This document shows, piece after piece, positions 42,293-49,373 of a stretch of 64,000 nucleotides of DNA. The notes under the pieces were generated by a model, which worked only from the letters and a program-made list of their open reading frames with translations, searched no databases and was not told where the DNA came from. Every line of letters begins with the position of its first letter. Position 1 is the first letter of the stretch. The position numbers and the translations under genes are program-made. The stretch covers positions 6,906 to 70,905 of the forward strand of contig CAZJDY010000017.1 of NCBI GenBank assembly GCA_964544915.1, written 5' to 3'. The DNA is from an uncultured Methanomassiliicoccaceae archaeon (GTDB lineage Archaea; Thermoplasmatota; Thermoplasmata; Methanomassiliicoccales; JACIVX01).

Positions 42293-43432
42293 ATGGACTT
42301 CGGAATCACAGATGAACAGAGGATCCTGTTAGAGAACGTGAAGAAGTTCTCAAAGGAAGAGATCGAGCCGATAGCCGCTGAGATCGACCTCAAGGGGATA
42401 TTTCCCGATGATGTGATCCACAAGATCGGCAGCATGGGTCTGAACGGGATGATCGTCTCAAAGGAACTTGGTGGGATGGGGCTCGATACCGTGACCTATG
42501 CGATGGTCATAGAGGAGCTTTCCAGGGCTTCCGCCTCGGTGTCTGCAGCTGTGTCTGTGAACAACTCGCTGGTGTGTTACACTCTGGAAAAGTTCGGGAA
42601 CGAGGCGCAGAAGATGAAGTTCCTCGTGCCGCTCGCCAACGGCACCAAGATAGGGAGCTTTGCCGTGACGGAGCCGACCGCTGGAACGGATGCCGCTTCG
42701 ATGCAGACGACGGCTAAGAAGGAGGGGGACTCCTACATATTGAATGGGACGAAGATCTTCATTACGAACGCGGGCAAGAGCAAGACCGCCCTCATATTTG
42801 CAATGACCGACAAGGAGAAGGGCGTCAAGGGCATCACCTCGTTCATCGTCGATACCTCATCCAAGGGCTATGTGGTGGGGAAGATCGAAGATAAGATGGG
42901 GATAAGGGGCTCACAGCAGGCCCAGATATTCTTCGAAAACCTTGCCGTTCCTGCGGAGAACATGCTCGGGAAGGAAGGGGAAGGGTTCAAGATCGCGATG
43001 TCGGCGATAGATTGCGGCCGAATAGGGATTGCAGCCCAGGCGTTAGGCATCGCCCAGTCTGCCCTCGACGATTCGGTGAAATATGCGAAGGAGAGGCAAC
43101 AGTTCGGAAAGCCGATCGGGGAGTTCCAGGCCATCCAATGGAAGATCGCCGAGATGGTCACCCTGACGAACGCGGCTAGATTCCTTGTGTACAGGGCCGC
43201 CTGGAAGAAGGACAAGGGAGAGAGGTTCACGATGGACGCTTCGATGGCGAAGCTCTTCGCCTCGGACGTGGCGATGAGGGTCACCAGGGAGGCCGTCCAG
43301 GTGCATGGCGGGCACGGGTACATTAAGGGCTCGAACGTCGAGAGGCTTTTCAGGGACGCGAAGATCACGGAGATATACGAGGGGACGAGCGAGGTACAGA
43401 AGATCGTCATATCCAGAGAGGCGCTGAGGTAA
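42293..43432 (+). CDS. Acyl-CoA dehydrogenase (butyryl-CoA dehydrogenase-like)
   Basis: FAVTEPTAGTDA, LNGTKIFITN, AVQVHGGHGY and EIYEGTSEVQ motifs. Confidence 0.96.
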   Translation: MDFGITDEQRILLENVKKFSKEEIEPIAAEIDLKGIFPDDVIHKIGSMGLNGMIVSKELGGMGLDTVTYAMVIEELSRASASVSAAVSVNNSLVCYTLEKFGNEAQKMKFLVPLANGTKIGSFAVTEPTAGTDAASMQTTAKKEGDSYILNGTKIFITNAGKSKTALIFAMTDKEKGVKGITSFIVDTSSKGYVVGKIEDKMGIRGSQQAQIFFENLAVPAENMLGKEGEGFKIAMSAIDCGRIGIAAQALGIAQSALDDSVKYAKERQQFGKPIGEFQAIQWKIAEMVTLTNAARFLVYRAAWKKDKGERFTMDASMAKLFASDVAMRVTREAVQVHGGHGYIKGSNVERLFRDAKITEIYEGTSEVQKIVISREALR

Positions 43433-43630
43433 GCGAGACGGCCCAAATCGGACCGGCATCCCTGACGCCGCCTCCTGGAATCTGACTGGTCAAATACCGG
43501 GTATCGTACGAATATCCAGTCAGCATCCTGCAATCTAAGCCGCAGACATACGAAAATCATTAAATATCAAACCATGTATTCGCCGAGTGGTGTCAACACT
43601 CGCGGGATGTTGGCTCGAGGTGTGTGAAAA

Positions 43631-43798
43631 ATGGAAGAGACCCTGTGCAATGTCGAATTCCTGAAGAGCAACTCGACCTACGTGGCAAGAGTCCAGAGCG
43701 ACCTCGGCGGAGTGAGGGAATACAGGAGTTCAAGCCTCGAAGAGGTCCTTGAACAGGTCATCATCGATCTGCAAGAGGAATTCGAGACAGCCGCGTGA
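43631..43798 (+). CDS. Small acidic hypothetical protein, 55 aa
   Basis: Not in the ORF track. MEETLCNVEFLKSNSTYVARVQSDLGGVREYRSSSLEEVLEQVIIDLQEEFETAA, with a GAGGTG RBS (43617-43622) and an upstream TATA-like TTAAATA. Confidence 0.7.
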   Translation: MEETLCNVEFLKSNSTYVARVQSDLGGVREYRSSSLEEVLEQVIIDLQEEFETAA

Positions 43799-43942
43799 GC
43801 CATTTTCCACACATGGATCGACTTTGCTGCCAAAGTTTTGAGGAAACAGGGCCTCCCGACGATTGGATCCGTTCCGACTTCGATGACATGATTTGGGGGG
43901 TTTCGCGTGCAAGAAAAAGATAAGTCAGAATATGAGACCGTG

Positions 43943-44260
43943 ATGGTCCACTACTATGGAGATGACCAGGTCACCGCGCTCATCACGCTCAAGATAGATA
44001 CTAAGGATGCTGAATCGGTGGCCGAGAGGATATCGGAGTATGGGGTCGTAGAAGATGTCTTTCTGGTCACTGGCGACACGGACGTAGTAGCCAAGGTGAA
44101 GTTCCAGAACTACAACCAGTTGAAGAGATTCCTGGTCGAGAAGGTCGCGAACATACAAGGAGTGAAGGACATCAAGACGTTGATGGTTGTGATGACCTTC
44201 AAGGAGAGGGGCGAAGTGAAGGTCGAACCGGTCGCCGAGAAGGCCCCTGAGGAGGGATGA
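43943..44260 (+). CDS. Lrp/AsnC ligand-binding-domain protein (no HTH)
   Basis: VFLVTGDTDVVAKV...I.GV..I.T pattern; start uncertain (43907 or 43943). Confidence 0.85.
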   Translation: MVHYYGDDQVTALITLKIDTKDAESVAERISEYGVVEDVFLVTGDTDVVAKVKFQNYNQLKRFLVEKVANIQGVKDIKTLMVVMTFKERGEVKVEPVAEKAPEEG

Positions 44261-44306
44261 AGGGGCGTTCAGCACTTCATGAATGACATGAGAGAAGGTG
44301 GTTAAG

Positions 44307-44558
44307 ATGGAAGGTAGCGTCAAACTCAAGCAGATCATCGTGGTGCTCGATCAGCTCGCCGAGGACACGTCAGTGCCTAGGAACATCAGAAGGGGGGCGA
44401 CCGACGCGAAGGAGCGGTTGCTCCTCCAGAGCGAGGCCTTGGACGTAAGGGCCGCGAGCGCCATTTTCATACTGGACGAACTCGCGAACGACCCGAACAT
44501 TCCCCTGCACGGTAGGACCCTAATCTGGAACATCATCAGCCAGCTGGAAACGGTCTGA
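44307..44558 (+). CDS. UPF0147 family protein
   Basis: DTSVPRNIRR and DPNIPLHGRTLIW motifs. Confidence 0.88.
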   Translation: MEGSVKLKQIIVVLDQLAEDTSVPRNIRRGATDAKERLLLQSEALDVRAASAIFILDELANDPNIPLHGRTLIWNIISQLETV

Positions 44559-44671
44559 TGAAGCGACGAGAAGCGATCGGGATTTGTTCTCGCGTGGACC
44601 CCCTCAGCTTTTCTGGTTCTCCATTTCCAGCCGAAAAGGTTTAAAACACAGATTACGGATTCAGTGCGAAA

Positions 44672-44743
44672 GCGGCTGTAGTCTAGTGGTTAGGACTGAA
44701 GCTTCCCAAGCTTCAAACTCGGGTTCGAATCCCGGCAGCCGCA
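44672..44743 (+). tRNA. tRNA-Gly(CCC), intronless
   Basis: GCGGCTG/CAGCCGC acceptor stem, GAAGC-TTCCCAA-GCTTC anticodon arm, GGTTCGAATCC T-arm. Confidence 0.95.
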
Positions 44744-44996
44744 CTCACGCATCTAACCAAACAATTATTTTTTAATTTCAATCAAAAGGGAAATGCACCG
44801 CCATATCCAGCAAACCCTTTCCTTTTCTTCCTTTCAAGATTCTGCCACCGCTCCATGCTAGAGGGTCTGCCCGTACCACACCGAGGGGGACCATATTGGA
44901 TGCTCTAGATGACAAATCATTAAGTTATCAGTTGGACTAGCTTAATTCGTACTCGATTCTCACGAATTGAGCGAACAGTATGAGAGGAGTGCTTCA

Positions 44997-45848
44997 ATGG
45001 GTAAGAAAGCCAGAATTGACGTGAGACCTACGGTCTTCGTGCTGCTACTGGGCGCGTTCTTAGTCGTTGCCCCAGGTTCAACGCTCGCAGCCCAGGATGG
45101 TGACTATACCTACACAACGAGCGGCAGCCCCGCCGTCGCCACTATCACGGGATACACAGGCGCTGGCGGAGCGATTACGATCCCTTCCACATTAGGTGGA
45201 TATCCAGTGGTAGCCATCACTGGTAGTTACGTGTGGCACGGCACGTGGCCAACTAATTACTACGCCTATGAAGGTGCGTTTCAGGATAAAGCCCTGACAT
45301 CCGTGGTCATACCCAGTAGCGTCACCTCCATCGGGCTCAATGCGTTCTACGAATGTACCTCCCTGACCGCCGTGACCATTCCAAACAGCGTCACCTCCAT
45401 TGAGAACTATACGTTCTGTTACTGCACCTCCCTGACCGCCGTGACCATCCCCAGCAACGTAACGTCCATCGGAGAAGCTGCGTTCTACTCCTGCCAGTCC
45501 CTGACCTCCGTGACCATCGGAAGCGGCGTAACGACCATCGGGGATTATGCGCTTGAACAATGCACCTCCCTGTCATCAATATCATTCTTAGGGCTCGTTG
45601 CGCCGACCACTGTTGGCGACAATTGGATTAATGGTACAACACACCCGGGAATCAGGGGCCACGCATACACCGCCTCGAACTTCCCCGCTCCGGGGGGCGT
45701 TTGGAACGGATTGACGATGGGCGCTACCCTAGACGGAAACCCTGACGGAAGCACAACGAGCGATATGACTGTGCTTATATTGGTGGCAGTGATCGCAATC
45801 GCCGTGGTGCTGGTGGCGGTTCTGCTCTTCATGCGAAAGAAGAAGTGA
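44997..45848 (+). CDS. BspA/TpLRR-type leucine-rich-repeat surface protein with N-terminal signal-like segment and C-terminal TM anchor
   Basis: 23-aa repeats LTSVVIPSSVTSIGLNAFYECTS; hydrophobic N- and C-termini; MRKKK tail. Confidence 0.9.
   Translation: MGKKARIDVRPTVFVLLLGAFLVVAPGSTLAAQDGDYTYTTSGSPAVATITGYTGAGGAITIPSTLGGYPVVAITGSYVWHGTWPTNYYAYEGAFQDKALTSVVIPSSVTSIGLNAFYECTSLTAVTIPNSVTSIENYTFCYCTSLTAVTIPSNVTSIGEAAFYSCQSLTSVTIGSGVTTIGDYALEQCTSLSSISFLGLVAPTTVGDNWINGTTHPGIRGHAYTASNFPAPGGVWNGLTMGATLDGNPDGSTTSDMTVLILVAVIAIAVVLVAVLLFMRKKK
45290..45570 (+). repeat. 69-bp-period coding tandem repeats (LRR units)
   Basis: ACCTCCCTGACCGCCGTGACCAT is identical at 45357 and 45426; a variant falls at the next 69-bp position. 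Confidence 0.9.
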
Positions 45849-45944
45849 TGCAAACACCTTCCCTTCGTTTCCCACTTTGAGTTGCATGCTGGCAGCCGCA
45901 CCTCTTCTCACCTAAGCATTCGGTGGTCCAGTCTTCCACTACGC

Positions 45945-46721
45945 TCACTCGTCCAGTTCTTCTCCCCTGGCAATCTTCCCAACCGGCGCCAAGTATATGG
46001 TGAACTCCTCCATGCCGTCGACGTCCAGGAGGGCGTCCATCTTCTCTTGATCATAAGCTGCAATTGCGCAAGTGCCGGCGCCGATGGCCTCGCACGCGAG
46101 ATAGAGATTTTGACATACATGTCCCGCATCCAATGCGGTGACCTTGTGCGCTCGAGTGAGGTAACGCCACTCCGATCGATACGGGATTGCTGTCCAGATG
46201 AATATGGCCGCGCCCTTGCAGACGTAACTCTGCCCCAATGCCGCCTCAGTAAGCCTTCCTGGGAGGCTCGGGTCGGCCTCAGACAGGAGGCACAACCTGT
46301 GATCCAAGGGAAGATATCTGTAGAGCCCGGGCCGAATCCCCTCCACACGGTTGACGATGAGATACGTCTCAAAGGGGTGGCGCGCTCCAGCCGACGGGAC
46401 CGTTCGTAACGTATGGACGTTTCCTTTGGACACGCTCCTTACTCCCTGAGTCGCCCAGAGCAGGAATGAGAGTTCCTCCGTTGTCAGGGATTCCTTGGAA
46501 TACTGCCTACGACTCCTACGTTTCTTGACGACATCGATCAGCGGCATGTTGCCCACGGACAGCTCATCGGGTGGGACCAGATCGACCAGTATAGAATCAT
46601 CTGAACACAGCTTCTGAAGAGGCGGAGGCGAGACCCCATTCTGTTGATCCGACCTAACGTTCTCCAACTCAGGCGGTATTGCATGCTTGAGGAATCCGCG
46701 ATGCTCTTCGATGATTCTCAA
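45945..46721 (-). CDS. SagB/ThcOx-family nitroreductase-like oxidoreductase
   Basis: RRSRRQY, RTVPSAGARHPFE and LDAGHVCQNLYL motifs. Confidence 0.9.
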   Translation of the reverse strand: MRIIEEHRGFLKHAIPPELENVRSDQQNGVSPPPLQKLCSDDSILVDLVPPDELSVGNMPLIDVVKKRRSRRQYSKESLTTEELSFLLWATQGVRSVSKGNVHTLRTVPSAGARHPFETYLIVNRVEGIRPGLYRYLPLDHRLCLLSEADPSLPGRLTEAALGQSYVCKGAAIFIWTAIPYRSEWRYLTRAHKVTALDAGHVCQNLYLACEAIGAGTCAIAAYDQEKMDALLDVDGMEEFTIYLAPVGKIARGEELDE

Positions 46722-46810
46722 TCAACCTCACCTCTCTGAGATCAGATGATCGAAGCTCCACTTCTTAGCTATACCTTTTGCGTCGATATGTCGTGGATCT
46801 GCATGCTCTA

Positions 46811-47146
46811 TCACTTGAACTGCACAAGAGTGAACATGTTCCCGTCCGGGTCTGCGAGTGTAGCTGCCCGACCACCCCAAGGCTGGTCCTCGGGCTTCGC
46901 GAGGAACTCGACGTTCCTGCTGACCAGATCCTGATACTGCTTGTCCACATCGTCAACGAGCAGATAGATGCTTTGCTTTCCACCAAGCTCCAGACCGAAT
47001 TCGACGCCTCCGACGTCGAAGACCGCGTAGTTGGACCATTCACCAGTTTTCTTAAGCCCGAGGACTTTCTCATAGAAGGCAATCGCTGACTCCAGGTCCG
47101 AGACAGGGAACGTGATGTGATTCACCTTCTTGATCACGCCTCTCAC
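46811..47146 (-). CDS. VOC/glyoxalase family protein
   Basis: NHITFPVSDLESAIAFY, DQPWGGR and DPDGN motifs. Confidence 0.9.
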   Translation of the reverse strand: MRGVIKKVNHITFPVSDLESAIAFYEKVLGLKKTGEWSNYAVFDVGGVEFGLELGGKQSIYLLVDDVDKQYQDLVSRNVEFLAKPEDQPWGGRAATLADPDGNMFTLVQFK

Positions 47147-47236
47147 CCCCCTTACGTCATGATTCTATTGCTTGTTATGCTCAATAACGTTTGCCTTCGA
47201 GGCTCTCGACGAGAATCCGGATCGCGAGTACTGGCT

Positions 47237-49012
47237 TCACAGCCATCTCCATCGGTTCTTCTTGACGACGCGGTCCGATACGACGGGGGCCTCGAAGGCC
47301 CGCTCGGGACCTGAGGCACCGTCGGAGAAGTAACCCGCCGCGATCGGGAATGAGCCGTAATTGTCCCGGTAGTTCTTTCTCATGAGCATCAGCACTCCTA
47401 CGAAATAGACCAATAGGACTATCAGAACGATTTGCCAGTAATACGAGAACAGGAAGGAAGCCAGCACGATCGTCAAGAGATTGATGAAGACGAACATAGA
47501 GACGAATCTCTCCGTCTCATTGTGGCGTTTAACCTCGGCGCCTAGGTTCGAGTAGTTCGTGTTCCTCACGATTGAGTGTAGTTCGAACCCAAGAATGCGC
47601 CATGTGGCTGCGGTCACGGCGACAGCGATGGCGAATGCAATCAAATGGGCAAGACCCGATGTCACGATGACCGAAGTCAATGCGATGAAATATACAATGA
47701 GCGCGATGCCGATCTTCCTCGTCGGCTTATAGAGGTGGAAGCACGAAGGCATGATGAGTTTCCCGAGCGTTCTTGAGATCACTGCCCCACTGAACTTGAT
47801 CGATCTCGGAAGGGCCCTGCTCCCCCTTTCCGCTACCACGTTGCTCTTTTTCATCAGGAACGGGGCAATCGCGCTCATTATGAAGCAGAACGCCCCAGCG
47901 AAAGGATACAGCTCTGCCCCCTTCGTCACCCCGACGGATCTGCTCCCCACGGTGGCGTACATGACCGATTCCGCCCCGCGCCCGCAGAGCGCCGAGCTCA
48001 TCGACGTCGAAGCCTTCGCGGAGAAGCCGAGGAAGTAAGCCAGTATGGTCGTTATTATGAGGTCGTTCAGAATGACCAACGGCACCGCAATCGCGACTAT
48101 CCACCAAACCTGCGTGAACATCGCCGGGTCTATGAGCATGCCGAAGGAGACGAAGAATATCGCAACGAACGCGTCCCTGAACGGGACGATCTTCTCCCCG
48201 AACCTCTCGGAGACCTTAGTCTCCGCGAACACCATGCCGATGAAGAACGCACCGATGATCGCTGGCACTCCACACGCCTCAGCCAGTGCGGCCGAGAGGA
48301 ACACGAGGCCGAGGGCGAACAGGACGAACATCTCATCGCTCCTTATCTTTCGAAGGTGCGAGACTGTCCTCGGTATGACAAATACCGCAAGGAACACGAA
48401 GAAGGCATAGAATACGACTATGCCCACGGCGAGCTTGGTCAGACTGACGGAGGAGGATGCCCCTCTCACCATCATCCCGCCAATGACGGTTAGGAGGATC
48501 ATAGAAAGGAAACTCTCAACTATGGCTATCCCAAGCAGAAACTCGGTCTCTGGGTTCGCCAGACGCTTCAGCTCGATGAGCGACTTCGCGGTGACGGCGG
48601 CGCTGCTCATGGCGATCACGCCGGCAAGGAAGACCGTGTCGATCAGTGACCACCCTAGCGCCGTCCCCAGGAGGATCCCTGTGAACATGTTGATCCCGAG
48701 ATTCATCATTGCAAGTAGCGCTACCGGGGTCTTCGTCTTCTTGAGCTTGCTGACAGAGAACTCGAGCCCGACGAAGAACATCAGAAGGATGAGGCCGAGA
48801 TGTGAGAGATACTCAGTGAAGCTTGTATCTTGTATGACCCCATCATAAGAGAACGATCCGATGGCGAGATGCATGTTCGGGCCGATCAGAATCCCGGCGA
48901 GGATGTACCCGAGGATGACGCTTTGCTTCGCTTTCGAAGCGAGGGCTGCCCCTATGAACGCAATGAGCATGACCGCCCCTACCTCGAACATCACGCTCTC
49001 TGTTGTTAGCAT
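47237..49012 (-). CDS. CPA2-family cation:proton antiporter with extended hydrophobic C-terminus
   Basis: GYILAGILIGP, FFVGLEF, IGAFFIG and FFVSFGMLID motifs. Confidence 0.88.
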   Translation of the reverse strand: MLTTESVMFEVGAVMLIAFIGAALASKAKQSVILGYILAGILIGPNMHLAIGSFSYDGVIQDTSFTEYLSHLGLILLMFFVGLEFSVSKLKKTKTPVALLAMMNLGINMFTGILLGTALGWSLIDTVFLAGVIAMSSAAVTAKSLIELKRLANPETEFLLGIAIVESFLSMILLTVIGGMMVRGASSSVSLTKLAVGIVVFYAFFVFLAVFVIPRTVSHLRKIRSDEMFVLFALGLVFLSAALAEACGVPAIIGAFFIGMVFAETKVSERFGEKIVPFRDAFVAIFFVSFGMLIDPAMFTQVWWIVAIAVPLVILNDLIITTILAYFLGFSAKASTSMSSALCGRGAESVMYATVGSRSVGVTKGAELYPFAGAFCFIMSAIAPFLMKKSNVVAERGSRALPRSIKFSGAVISRTLGKLIMPSCFHLYKPTRKIGIALIVYFIALTSVIVTSGLAHLIAFAIAVAVTAATWRILGFELHSIVRNTNYSNLGAEVKRHNETERFVSMFVFINLLTIVLASFLFSYYWQIVLIVLLVYFVGVLMLMRKNYRDNYGSFPIAAGYFSDGASGPERAFEAPVVSDRVVKKNRWRWL

Positions 49013-49373
49013 CCCCTATTCCCGGTCCCTCGCCGCAGGCCCGTTCGCAACCCAAGTTTGGGGGATGGTCATAAGGACCGCATCAGTCCGGCAGAGGCGT
49101 TCTCCAAGTATTCCAATTCAGAGCTGCGCTCGTATTCGACAAATCGTCCCCGAACGAGACCCATATCCCATCCCTTCCCAAGCAGTAACAGACCCAGTGC
49201 ATCCCTTGCTGAACATAATTCAATGGACCATATAAAAAGCTTTTCTGGTTGACCCGATTCGCCAGGCCGGGACCGCGCACTACCGCGACACCCGACAAAG
49301 GGGATTCGATCATCCCGGGCCGCACGTCCTTAGGTCCGTGGCTTTTTTATTGATATAGTAATTGTACTGAGCG

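Larger units (their letters stand above)
44734..45901 (+). repeat. 11-bp direct repeat GGCAGCCGCAC (44734-44744 and 45891-45901) flanking the LRR gene
   Basis: Exact copy of the tRNA-Gly 3' end found 43 bp after the LRR gene stop codon. Confidence 0.55.

Noticed and set aside
45290-45570. Periodic repeats that might be a CRISPR array or DGR
   Set aside because: They are in-frame 69-bp coding LRR units with no spacers, cas genes, reverse transcriptase or adenine-specific variation.
49015-49210. Fluoride or c-di-AMP riboswitch upstream of the cation antiporter
   Set aside because: The P1, pseudoknot and conserved-core elements of either riboswitch could not be assembled.
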